Source: Fibrobacter succinogenes subsp. succinogenes S85 (GTDB lineage: Bacteria; Fibrobacterota; Fibrobacteria; Fibrobacterales; Fibrobacteraceae). Taken from it: DNA of 32,000 bases. Positions 1-8,279 of the stretch are shown piece after piece. The notes beneath the pieces were generated by a model. The model had not been told where the DNA came from. It did no database searches and saw only the letters and a list, made by a program, of their open reading frames with translations. A program made the position numbers and the translations under genes. Where the stretch lies: NCBI RefSeq assembly GCF_000146505.1, contig NC_017448.1, forward strand, positions 960,001 to 992,000. The letters are read 5' to 3'. The stretch's first letter is position 1. Every line of letters starts with the position of its first letter.

Positions 1-1185
1 ATTCCGTTCAACATCCAGGCAGATAGCGAAAACCCCATTATCGTGCAAGGTTTCTTTGATGCGCTCACGGCGGACCTCGCCGGCATCCCAGGCGTTGTCT
101 CCACGATGTTCCAGGAACTGAACGTCAACCACCTGTACAAACTCAAGGCTTGCGGGGCCGAATCATTCACAGTTATTTTGCGCCGCGAAGAAGACCGTCG
201 CAACCAGGAACTCAAGATTCAAAAATACTTGAAGCTCGCCGAACAGATGCACATGAGCCTCAAGTCCATTGTGCTCCCGAAGGACGAATCCGTTGATACG
301 TTTGTCCGCAAGAACGGCGCCGACCAGCTCATCGACCTCATCGCCAATACCGAAGTCGATACCATTCATTCGCACCGCCGCTCCATGCTGTTGCAGGACA
401 TCAAGGAAAACTTCGATACCGCAATGGCATGCCCGCCTGACCAGAGCGTGGGCTACAAGCTCAGCACATTCCCGAAGCTCACCAAGGAAATCGACGGTGT
501 GCAGTCGGGATGTTTCTTTGTTTCGTCTCAGCCGTTCGGCCTCAAGACATTCTTGCTTTCAAGCCTCACGCTTGACCTCATCGAAAGCAATCCAAACCTC
601 AAGGTCATTTACGTGGCCTATGAAACACCGCGCCGCCAAATCTTTGACCGCTTCGTTTCCATGCTCATCGGTGAATCGATTTTGAACGTCCGCAAGCAGA
701 ATGCAGACAACGAAATCAACAAAAAGATTACGGAAGCTACACGCGACCTGATGGCTTACGTGCGCAACAACCGTCTCGAAATCTGGGACGACATGCCTTC
801 GCTCGACTTTAACGACTTGCTCAAGACACTTAGCCAGGAACTCAAGGACCATCCGGACTTGATTCTCGTGATTGACGGTATCGACCACATGAAGATTACC
901 GACCGCCCGGAACTCCCGGACATCCACGAGAAGCGTTCGTCCATCATGCTCGACTTGTACAAGGCTCTCGACATCCCGATATTCCTCGGTGGCGAACTCA
1001 TCGATTCCAACATGGGACTCCTTGGCCCGCGTGCATACCTCCGCGATTCTGACGCCATTTACTGGCTTACCGAAAAGGATGGCGCATTGAATCTCTCCGT
1101 AGATTCCAAGCGTATGGGCACAAGCCGCGTGTACGAAGACAAGATTTTGATTGACCCACAATCTAGCCGCATGAAAGAAGCTTAA
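1..1185 (+). CDS. DnaB-C-terminal-like (RecA-fold) protein with degenerate Walker A; 5' end outside the window
   Basis: Frame 1 is open from nt 1, with no stop before the GTG at 43, so the gene probably starts upstream. Motif order mimics the DnaB helicase C-domain: GVQSGCFFVSSQPFGLKTF (P-loop position; nt 532-549 encode PFGLKT instead of GxxxxGK[ST]), YETPRRQIFDRFVSM, LILVIDGIDHM (Walker-B-like), DIPIFLGGEL. The stop overlaps the next start (TAATG, 1183-1187). Confidence 0.6.
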   Translation: MPFNIQADSENPIIVQGFFDALTADLAGIPGVVSTMFQELNVNHLYKLKACGAESFTVILRREEDRRNQELKIQKYLKLAEQMHMSLKSIVLPKDESVDTFVRKNGADQLIDLIANTEVDTIHSHRRSMLLQDIKENFDTAMACPPDQSVGYKLSTFPKLTKEIDGVQSGCFFVSSQPFGLKTFLLSSLTLDLIESNPNLKVIYVAYETPRRQIFDRFVSMLIGESILNVRKQNADNEINKKITEATRDLMAYVRNNRLEIWDDMPSLDFNDLLKTLSQELKDHPDLILVIDGIDHMKITDRPELPDIHEKRSSIMLDLYKALDIPIFLGGELIDSNMGLLGPRAYLRDSDAIYWLTEKDGALNLSVDSKRMGTSRVYEDKILIDPQSSRMKEA

Positions 1186-2384
1186 TGTTTACCATTGTCG
1201 ATTTTAACAACTTCTGGAGTCCGTCAGGAGGCGGAGTCCGCCGTTACCATTTGCAGAAAATGGCGTTTTATGAACGCCAAAACGAAGTCCGTTCCGTCTT
1301 CGTGATGCCATCAGCAAGCACTTATACCGAAACACGAAGCGATGGCTTGATTATCGAACATGTGGAAGCATTCCGATTCCCCGGCAACTGGGAATACCGC
1401 TTTATGTGGAAGTCCAAACAAATTCGCCCGATTCTCGAGAAGTACAAACCGGACGTGATTGAAGTGGGTTCACCCTACATTTTGCCCTCGGCCGTGCGCC
1501 GCATTGCAAAAAAAGTTGTCCCCAACGCTGCACTGTTCAGCTTTTGGCATGCCGACTTCCCCGTGACTTACGTGGGGCGCCCCATCGCCAAAAAATTCGG
1601 CACAAGCGTAGGCGTTCTTTCCCGCAGAATAGCATTCTGGTACGCCAAACAGGAATTTAAAAACTACGATTGCGTACAAGCGTCTTCGAAAGAAGCGATG
1701 GCTCGCCTCAAGAAGAACGGACTCCCCGACCCGCGTTGGATTCCGCTCGGTTGCGACATCGAAACTTTCTCGCCAAGCCGCCGTGACGAAGCACTCGTGA
1801 ACGAACTCAAGGATGGCGATCCGAACCGCCTCACGATATTCTTCCCGCACAGGCATTGCAATGAAAAAGGCATTGACCTTGTTCTTGGCGCTTACGACAT
1901 TTTGACGCAAAAACTCGGACACGAGCCCGCCATCATCTTTGCAGGCACGGGCCCAAGCCTCCCGCTCGTGCAAGAAGCAGCCGCAAAATACAAGCACGTA
2001 AATTATATCGGCTTTGTGAATTCCATCGACGAGATGGCTCGCTATTACGCGAGCGTCGACATGGGACTTGCTCTTTCTGGCTGGGAAACTTTTGGTCTTT
2101 CGATTCTAGAAAGCATGGCAAGCGGAAACGCGCTCGTCGGAGCTGCCGCTGGAGCCGCATTCGAGCATGTCTCAGAATCAGGCGCAGGCACAATCCTTAA
2201 GGAACGCACGCCCGAAGCATTGGCAGATGCGATTGTCGAGCTCTACCATTCCGACCTCACCGACAAGAAGATTAAAGCTCGAAAGTACGCAGAAAAATTC
2301 AGCTGGAACGATTGCTTCAAGCGCCAGCTCGCCTTGTACAAAGAAATCGCCGAAAAAAAAGGAATTGGATACAAGCCACGTTAA
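1185..2384 (+). CDS. GT4-family (GT-B fold) glycosyltransferase
   Basis: 399-aa ORF. It has N-terminal FWSPSGGGVRRY and a C-terminal E-x7-E region (WETFGLSILESMASGNALVG). It overlaps the upstream gene by 1 nt and is followed by a hairpin terminator. Confidence 0.8.
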   Translation: MFTIVDFNNFWSPSGGGVRRYHLQKMAFYERQNEVRSVFVMPSASTYTETRSDGLIIEHVEAFRFPGNWEYRFMWKSKQIRPILEKYKPDVIEVGSPYILPSAVRRIAKKVVPNAALFSFWHADFPVTYVGRPIAKKFGTSVGVLSRRIAFWYAKQEFKNYDCVQASSKEAMARLKKNGLPDPRWIPLGCDIETFSPSRRDEALVNELKDGDPNRLTIFFPHRHCNEKGIDLVLGAYDILTQKLGHEPAIIFAGTGPSLPLVQEAAAKYKHVNYIGFVNSIDEMARYYASVDMGLALSGWETFGLSILESMASGNALVGAAAGAAFEHVSESGAGTILKERTPEALADAIVELYHSDLTDKKIKARKYAEKFSWNDCFKRQLALYKEIAEKKGIGYKPR

Positions 2385-2404
2385 TGATCCGCAGACCTTA
2401 ACGC

Positions 2405-2434
2405 AAAAAAGACTCGTCAATGACGAGTCTTTTT
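2405..2434. terminator. Bidirectional rho-independent terminator
   Basis: AAAAAA-GACTCGTC-aat-GACGAGTC-TTTTT. An 8-bp stem is flanked by an A-run and a T-run, so it can terminate both the GT4 gene (+) and the convergent tRNA-Pro (-). Confidence 0.8.
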
Positions 2435-2436
2435 AG

Positions 2437-2510
2437 TCGGGATGACTGAATTCGAATCAGCGACCTCTTGAACCCCATTCAAGCGCTCTACCAGGCTGAG
2501 CTACATCCCG
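2437..2510 (-). tRNA. tRNA-Pro (anticodon GGG)
   Basis: The reverse complement folds as a cloverleaf: acceptor CGGGATG/CATCCCG, D-arm GCTC-AGCCTGGTA-GAGC, anticodon arm CTTGA-ATGGGGT-TCAAG (GGG at 2474-2476, G37), variable loop AGGTC, T-arm GCTGA-TTCGAAT-TCAGT, discriminator A. CCA is not encoded. Confidence 0.85.
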
Positions 2511-2531
2511 AGGTCTCTTACAAGAGTATGC

Positions 2532-2539
2532 CAAAGTTA
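2532..2539 (-). promoter_or_regulatory. Candidate -7 promoter box TAACTTTG (TAnnTTTG type) for tRNA-Pro
   Basis: The minus strand reads TAACTTTG, 21 nt upstream of the mature tRNA 5' end. It matches the Bacteroidetes-type -7 consensus exactly. Confidence 0.45.
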
Positions 2540-2627
2540 GTTAAACCACGATATTTTTTCAAGGCAAACTCCCGAAAAAAGCAATAATTAGCCCATTCCG
2601 GCAGTTCTAGTCCTTTCTAAAATATCA

Positions 2628-3362
2628 CTAGTCCTTCCAGTAACCAATAATCAGCACTTCGGGCGTTGCCTTCGGGAATTTTTTGCTCTTGAAGCCCACA
2701 ATCTTGCGGATGCTCTTCTGCTTGAGTTCCCAGCCCGTGCGTGTAAGTCCAGCGGTCGAAAGCGTGACCTTGATGCCAGGCACCTTGCCGCCTTCCTTAA
2801 TTTTGCCGATGTCATCGACATTGAGCATCACGTTCTTGGTCTTAAGCTTAAATTCCTTTTGAGCCGTTTCATCAAGCGCTAAATCCGGGCGAGTTTTCTT
2901 GTCGGTTCCCCACACGTAGAACGTCCATTCACGTTTTTCATTCGGAGCGTAGTAACCCGTATCAAATAGCTTTTCGCCAAAGAAAATCGGATTTTTCACA
3001 TAGCCGTCAAGCTGCGCCGCATAAGATTTTCCCTGATTGTCAACCATCACCACAACCGGATTGATTTGACCATCCATGCCAGCAAAATCCATGTCGAATT
3101 CAATCGTCACCGGAGCATTCGGCGCAATTTTCGTCGGATACTTGAAGTTCGACATGCCAATGCCCTGGCCCATCACAGTTTCAAGAACTATTTCTTTATT
3201 TGTAATATTAGCACCCTTGATGACGATATGGCGCACATCGCCCTGATCCGCATAACCAATCGGGTACGGGTCCGGCACAAAGCGGATAATATCTTCAGCC
3301 ATGGCAGTCGCCGAAAATGAGAGAGCCGCCACAAAAAGAGATTTGAAAATTCTAGACATCAT
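2628..3362 (-). CDS. Secreted hypothetical protein, possible DUF1573-like beta-sandwich N-domain
   Basis: I trimmed the track ORF 2628..3479 to the ATG-ATG at 3362 because MMSRIFKSLFVAALSFSATAMA-ED is a clean signal peptide, and the longer form would overlap the divergent HAD gene. No catalytic motif was recognised. Confidence 0.6.
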   Translation of the reverse strand: MMSRIFKSLFVAALSFSATAMAEDIIRFVPDPYPIGYADQGDVRHIVIKGANITNKEIVLETVMGQGIGMSNFKYPTKIAPNAPVTIEFDMDFAGMDGQINPVVVMVDNQGKSYAAQLDGYVKNPIFFGEKLFDTGYYAPNEKREWTFYVWGTDKKTRPDLALDETAQKEFKLKTKNVMLNVDDIGKIKEGGKVPGIKVTLSTAGLTRTGWELKQKSIRKIVGFKSKKFPKATPEVLIIGYWKD

Positions 3363-3383
3363 GGTGTGAATATACAAAATTTC

Positions 3384-3391
3384 TAGCTTTG
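3384..3391 (+). promoter_or_regulatory. Candidate -7 promoter box TAGCTTTG, 5 nt upstream of the ATG (leaderless geometry)
   Basis: TAGCTTTG-gcgcc-ATG(3397). It lies inside a divergent intergenic region of only 34 bp. Confidence 0.45.
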
Positions 3392-3396
3392 GCGCC

Positions 3397-4230
3397 ATGA
3401 CTTCACTCGACGAAATCAAGGCTCTCATCGCGCAAAAAGAACTGTTCATTTTCGACCTGGACGGCACGCTGTTTAACACGCTTGGCGATTTAGCGCCAGC
3501 CGTAAACTACGCGATGACGCAATTCGGCCTGCACACGCATTCAAACGACGACGTGCGCACATTCATCGGAAACGGTTCCATGAACTTGATCCGCCGAGCA
3601 GTCGCAGCCAATTTCATTCCCGTCGCAAGCACCCGCGACATGGAAAAAGTCGCAGAAACGCTAGCCCGCGAAAACTACAGCGATGAGAAAATCAAGGAAA
3701 TCCATAAAGTTTATTCGGAATACTACTGGGAACATTGCACCAAAAACACGGAACCGTACAAAGGCGTCGTGGAGCTATTGCAACGAATTTCAAACCGCGC
3801 GGAAAATTTCAATCGTAATGAGGACTGCGCGGAATGCGACAAGAATGGTGCGCAGCCCGTAAACTGCGTCGCGACAAAAAGCGCCAAAGTGAGATGCACG
3901 GCAATGCTCACAAACAAGCCGGTCGCTCCCGCGCAAAAGATTCTCAAAAAATTCGGTCTCGAAAATTCTTTCGCCACTTACCTCTGCGGTGATACCACCC
4001 CCGAACGCAAGCCAAGCCCTGCCGGCATTTACGAGATTCTCCGTCAGACAGGAATCGCCCCCGAAAAAGCAATTATGATTGGCGACGACACACCCGACGT
4101 TCTAGCAGCAAAAAACGCAGGCATTGACTGTATCACGCTTTTTGAAGGCTTCGGTAAAACAGAGAACTTACTCCCGCTAGAACCGTGCTACACCGCAGGC
4201 CACATCAAAGACTTCGCCGAGTTCATTTAA
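3397..4230 (+). CDS. HAD-superfamily hydrolase (phosphoglycolate-phosphatase-like)
   Basis: Motif I FIFDLDGTLFNT, motif II LTNKP, motif IV MIGDDTPDVLAAKNAG. The cap region carries an extra Cys-containing insert (CAECDKNGAQPVNCVATKSAKVRC). Confidence 0.8.
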   Translation: MTSLDEIKALIAQKELFIFDLDGTLFNTLGDLAPAVNYAMTQFGLHTHSNDDVRTFIGNGSMNLIRRAVAANFIPVASTRDMEKVAETLARENYSDEKIKEIHKVYSEYYWEHCTKNTEPYKGVVELLQRISNRAENFNRNEDCAECDKNGAQPVNCVATKSAKVRCTAMLTNKPVAPAQKILKKFGLENSFATYLCGDTTPERKPSPAGIYEILRQTGIAPEKAIMIGDDTPDVLAAKNAGIDCITLFEGFGKTENLLPLEPCYTAGHIKDFAEFI

Positions 4231-4271
4231 CCGCAGAAGGCACCTCCCAATTTTCTATCTTTTTGATAGTT

Positions 4272-5393
4272 ATGTCCTATTTCGACTACACGGCAAACAC
4301 CCCGGCATGCGAAGAAGCCTTGCAACGATTCTGCGAAGTTGAACGCAGGTTTATCGGCAACGCCAATTCGAATCACGAAGCAGGACATGCAGCAAAAGCT
4401 TTCCTCGCCCAAGTGACCGATTCCATCGCGAAACTTTTGGGCGTAAACCCCGACGAAATCATTTACACCTCGGGCGCAAGCGAAAGCAACAACACCGCCA
4501 TCCGTGGCATCGTCCAGGCCAAGCACCATGTGGGCAAGCACATCATCACGAACCCGCTGGAACATTCTTCGGTAAGCGCCACGCTCACGGCTCTGCAAGA
4601 AGCAGGCTACGAAATCGAGATGGTAAAAATCGGCACCGACGGGAAAATCGACCTGGAAGACTTGCGAAGCCTGCTCCGCAAAGATACGGTGCTTGTGACG
4701 GTAAACGCGGTCGATAGCGAACTTGGGACCGTGCAGCCGCTGGAATCCATCAGCAAGATTGTCCGCGAGTTCCCGAACTGCAGCCTTCACGTGGATGCAA
4801 CGCAGGCCATCGGGAAAACGCCCATAAACCTGAATTTGGCAGACACGGCAAGCATCGGCGCGCACAAGTTCTACGGGCTTTCGGGCAGCGGGTTTTTGTA
4901 CAAAAAAAGCGGAATCGTCATGGAGCCGCTCATTTACGGCGGTGCCAGTACCACCATTTACCGCAGCGGAACCCCGACGCTCGCGCTGGACGCATCCCTT
5001 GAAACAGCGCTGTCGCTTGCCATGGAACATTTCGAAGAGCGATTTGCCCGCGTCAAGGAGCTGCGAAAGATTTTGCAAGAAAAACTCTGCGGCTATCCGA
5101 AAGTCCGCATCAATTCGCCCGCAGACGCTGTTCCGCACATTTTGAACCTGAGTGTCGCGGGAGTCCGCGGGAACATTTTCCAGAAAGCTCTTTCGGACAA
5201 AGGAATTTACGTGTCGGTCAAGTCCGCCTGCAGCGTAGATGCACTCCCCTCCCGCGCCGTTTTTGCCGTCAGCCGCGACCGCAAAAATGCTTTGAACTCC
5301 TGGCGCATAAGCCTTTCGCACCTCACCACCGAAAAAGAAATCAACGAATTCATGGCCGCATTCGACAGCTGCTACAAGGAACTTTGCAAATAA
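4272..5393 (+). CDS. Cysteine desulfurase (class V aminotransferase, NifS/IscS-like)
   Basis: I trimmed the track ORF 4185..5393 to the ATG at 4272 (MSYFDYTANTP...). Motifs are TSGASESNN, HVDATQA, the PLP-lysine motif SIGAHKFYG, and an active-site Cys loop VSVKSACS. Confidence 0.85.
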   Translation: MSYFDYTANTPACEEALQRFCEVERRFIGNANSNHEAGHAAKAFLAQVTDSIAKLLGVNPDEIIYTSGASESNNTAIRGIVQAKHHVGKHIITNPLEHSSVSATLTALQEAGYEIEMVKIGTDGKIDLEDLRSLLRKDTVLVTVNAVDSELGTVQPLESISKIVREFPNCSLHVDATQAIGKTPINLNLADTASIGAHKFYGLSGSGFLYKKSGIVMEPLIYGGASTTIYRSGTPTLALDASLETALSLAMEHFEERFARVKELRKILQEKLCGYPKVRINSPADAVPHILNLSVAGVRGNIFQKALSDKGIYVSVKSACSVDALPSRAVFAVSRDRKNALNSWRISLSHLTTEKEINEFMAAFDSCYKELCK

Positions 5394-5407
5394 ACGCAAA
5401 AAAGGTA

Positions 5408-6274
5408 ATGAAAATGGCAAGAGAACTTTCATTTGTCCAAAGCGTAGAACGGAGCATTTCGAAGACATACCGCGAAAGGCTCTGGACGCCGTTCATTACC
5501 GCCATCAAGAACTACAAGCTCATCGAAGAAGGCGACAAAATCGCCGTCTGCATTTCCGGCGGCAAGGATTCCATGCTCATGGCGAAGCTCATCCAGATGC
5601 TCCACCGCCATAGCGACGTGAAATTCGACGTGGAATACCTGGTGATGGACCCCGGCTACAACGAAATCAACCGTCAGAAAATTGAAAGCAACGCGAAGCT
5701 CCTGGAAATCCCCATCACCGTTTTCGAGACGAACATTTTCGACGTGGCGAACAACACCGAACGTTCCCCCTGCTACGTCTGCGCCAAGATGCGCCGTGGC
5801 CACCTCTACCACAAGGCAAAGGACCTGGGCTGCAACAAGATTGCGCTAGGTCACCACCTCTCCGACGTCATCGAGACCACCGTCATGGCGATGTTCTACG
5901 GCTCGCAACTGCAAGGCATGATGCCCAAGCTCCACAGCCTGAATTTCGGCGGCATGGAACTCATCCGCCCCATGTATTGCATCAACGAGCAAGACATTAT
6001 CAACTGGAAAAACTACAACGGGTTGCAATTTATCCAGTGCGCCTGCCGCTTTACCGAAAGCTGCACCGTCTGCGACAACGGCGGTGGCGGCAGCAAGCGT
6101 CAAGAAATCAAGGCGCTCATCAAACGTCTCAAGCGCGAAAACCCGAACATCGAAAGAAGCATCTTCAACAGCCTGCACTCCGTCTGCATCGAGACTTTCC
6201 CCGGCTACAAGGCCGGCGGCGAGCTGCATTCGTTCCTAGAAGACTACGAAAATCGCGAACCGCAGAAAGGATAG
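5408..6274 (+). CDS. ttcA: TtcA-like PP-loop tRNA thiolation ATPase
   Basis: PP-loop SGGKDS (IAVCISGGKDSMLM) and Cys motifs SPCYVCAKMRRG and CACRFTESCTVC. The start is ambiguous: ATG at 5384, 5408 or 5414, with 5384 overlapping the desulfurase by 10 nt. It lies directly downstream of the cysteine desulfurase gene. Confidence 0.75.
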   Translation: MKMARELSFVQSVERSISKTYRERLWTPFITAIKNYKLIEEGDKIAVCISGGKDSMLMAKLIQMLHRHSDVKFDVEYLVMDPGYNEINRQKIESNAKLLEIPITVFETNIFDVANNTERSPCYVCAKMRRGHLYHKAKDLGCNKIALGHHLSDVIETTVMAMFYGSQLQGMMPKLHSLNFGGMELIRPMYCINEQDIINWKNYNGLQFIQCACRFTESCTVCDNGGGGSKRQEIKALIKRLKRENPNIERSIFNSLHSVCIETFPGYKAGGELHSFLEDYENREPQKG

Positions 6275-6288
6275 AACTTCACGACAAG

Positions 6289-6985
6289 CTACTTGTTCTT
6301 TATTGAAGACGAATCATCAAACATCGATGGTTGCGGAAGCATCATGTAAAAGGAAATCGGGAACGAGAAAGTCGCCCCGTTTTTCGTTTTCGGGAATTTC
6401 CAATGGCTGACAGATTCCTTGACATCTTCATTAATAGCGCTAAAGGGGCTATTTTCAGCAATTGTAGTCAATTTAATTTGGACATTTTCAACTTCGCCGC
6501 TTGAAGCAATTTTCAAAGTCAAGACTATTCTTCCTTCAAATTCACTTGCTAAATCTGATCGACGCCTTACATTCTTATCGAAGATAAAGCGTAAACCATG
6601 AACTCGTTGGCGATAAACCTTTAAAAAAGTCTGAACATCAATATCACGACCTTCAACGACAACGTTTTTTGCAGACAAAGGCTTAATACGGCATCTAGGG
6701 ATCACCTTGCCATCCCCCCCCTTTGTGAACAACATCCGGAAGGACACCATAAAGAGCCACAGTTTGCAATAGTCCATCCAAGTTAGGTCTTTCAGCTTTT
6801 ATAGGAAAACTATCACGATAAATTTTAGAGACTTCAACCTTTTTCAACTTTATCGGATTAACAATCGGCTTTGTATCTGATTTAGGATCCTCCGCCTTTT
6901 TATCAGAATCGTTACAAGCCGACCACAACGCGGCAGCGGTCATCAAAGCGATTTTGCCAAGAAATTTGCTAAAATTTTTCACCAT
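6289..6985 (-). pseudogene. Frameshift-split lipoprotein with AgmX/PglI-type (TonB-C-like) C-terminal domain
   Basis: ORF 6695..6985 encodes a lipoprotein signal (LMTAAALWSAC). ORF 6289..6777 encodes a TonB-C-like domain (GRIVLTLKIASSGEVENVQI...WKFPKTKNGATFSFPISF) but has no signal peptide. The two frames meet in a G8 tract (C8 on the + strand, 6714-6721). With G7 the reading is continuous: ...VVHKGGDGKVIPRC... Confidence 0.7.
6714..6721 (-). repeat. Homopolymeric G8 tract (C8 on the + strand) at the frameshift point
   Basis: Counted directly: c6714-c6721. The upstream frame reads KGGGWQGDP-stop and the downstream frame reads TKGGDGKVIPRC. Confidence 0.9.
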
Positions 6986-7007
6986 ACACTATAAATAACA
7001 AAATTAT

Positions 7008-8279
7008 CTACTTCAGTCGCGATTTCAGCACTTCAATTTCGCTCTTTTCCATCCCGAGCGCAAGCAAATACTTTTCTGTAGCGGACGCTAAATCTGCATT
7101 TTCGAAATCAGAGATATCAACACCAGCCGTTTTGAACGAATTCTGCATAAGTCTTACAATAATCGCCTGAAGCAGCTCAACCTGCTTTGTTGTTAAATCA
7201 ACATGTTTACCATCGACCACGTTATAAAAATTCTTGTGAGTCGTGGCGTAATCCGCCTTGATTTCATCAGCGGTCGCCCCCATCAGCGCTTCGAGCACGG
7301 CAATCGTAAATCCGGTTCGATCCATACCATAGGTGCAATGCACTAGATAAGGGCCTTCATGCTCTACCATATAGCGCAATCCTTTGACTAGCCCTTCCTT
7401 GAACGGCGTATTCGCAAAAGCAGGTTCTACATTAAGATACACCACATTTTGCGTTGCATAATAAGATTCAGCAAAGCCTTTGTATTCTTCGGCATATTGC
7501 AATTCATCTGCAAGGTTCACAAAAGTCTTGACACCAGCCACTTCCGCCAATGAATCCGCAATTGCATTGCGATAAATTGCAGGATCAATCGGACTTGAAG
7601 AACGATAAAGCACCCCCTCGCCCATTCCGGTTGTACGCACCATTCTAAAATTCGCAAACTCCTCAATAGACAAATCAGGATAAGCCCCCGGATAATTCGC
7701 AATTGAAAGCGACTTCAAATTTTCAAGATGGTCAACATAGCCACCCTTTTCCTTCATCTGCACAATAACATCTATCGGGAATTTCAAATCGCGCCCGAGA
7801 CCAACGACCTCAGCCATTTGGCCGTAACGAGCCTCAAGCTTGATATAATTCAGCCCCTCGGAGACATACAAAAAGAATTCGCCAGGGAAAACATATCCGT
7901 AGCCAGCTACCACAGGAACGTCCACTGTATCGTAACCCGCAATCATCACCGTCACGACATCGCCATAATCAAACTTTGTCAGGAACGAATCCGCAACAAC
8001 ATCAATTTTCACACCCCCGAATGCAAATATTTCAAGCGTATCCTCCATAACAGTCGTTGAAATCGAAACTAACCCATCCGCGGAAGAGCTCGATGCAACA
8101 ACAGACGAGGACAACGCGTAATCCGAAGAACTTGATTCTTCAATGGCAGCGCAACTTTCGCCACCTACAGGATTCACCGAAACAAAACCGTTATCATCGT
8201 TGCTACAAGCGGCTAAAAGCAACGCAAAGGTAACCATAAGTTCCACTTTGCGGAGATATTTGCTAAAGAAACTAGTCAT
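7008..8279 (-). CDS. Lipoprotein with a Cys-based protein-tyrosine-phosphatase-like domain (Y_phosphatase3-like)
   Basis: Lipobox LLLAAC-S near the N-terminus and a Ser-rich linker. The HCX5R(S/T) signature is VHCTYGMDRTG. The N-terminal beta-rich domain (FDYGDVVTVMIAGYDTVDVPVV...) may resemble a SAM-hydroxide-adenosyltransferase C-domain, but that is inference. The start overlaps the upstream gene by 8 nt (ATGACTAG). Confidence 0.75.
   Translation of the reverse strand: MTSFFSKYLRKVELMVTFALLLAACSNDDNGFVSVNPVGGESCAAIEESSSSDYALSSSVVASSSSADGLVSISTTVMEDTLEIFAFGGVKIDVVADSFLTKFDYGDVVTVMIAGYDTVDVPVVAGYGYVFPGEFFLYVSEGLNYIKLEARYGQMAEVVGLGRDLKFPIDVIVQMKEKGGYVDHLENLKSLSIANYPGAYPDLSIEEFANFRMVRTTGMGEGVLYRSSSPIDPAIYRNAIADSLAEVAGVKTFVNLADELQYAEEYKGFAESYYATQNVVYLNVEPAFANTPFKEGLVKGLRYMVEHEGPYLVHCTYGMDRTGFTIAVLEALMGATADEIKADYATTHKNFYNVVDGKHVDLTTKQVELLQAIIVRLMQNSFKTAGVDISDFENADLASATEKYLLALGMEKSEIEVLKSRLK

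Noticed and set aside
3363-3479. N-terminal extension of ORF 2628..3479. Similar extensions occur at 4185..4271, 28977..29042 and 31063..31191.
   Set aside because: In each case an internal ATG gives a canonical signal peptide or conserved N-terminus, and the extension overlaps a neighbouring gene or intergenic signals.
4227-5468. 413-aa ORF antisense to the cysteine desulfurase gene
   Set aside because: The + strand frame has unambiguous PLP-enzyme motifs. The antisense translation is low-complexity (rich in V/A/F/G/R) with no motif. It is a shadow ORF of the kind produced by codon bias that avoids the reverse complements of stop codons.
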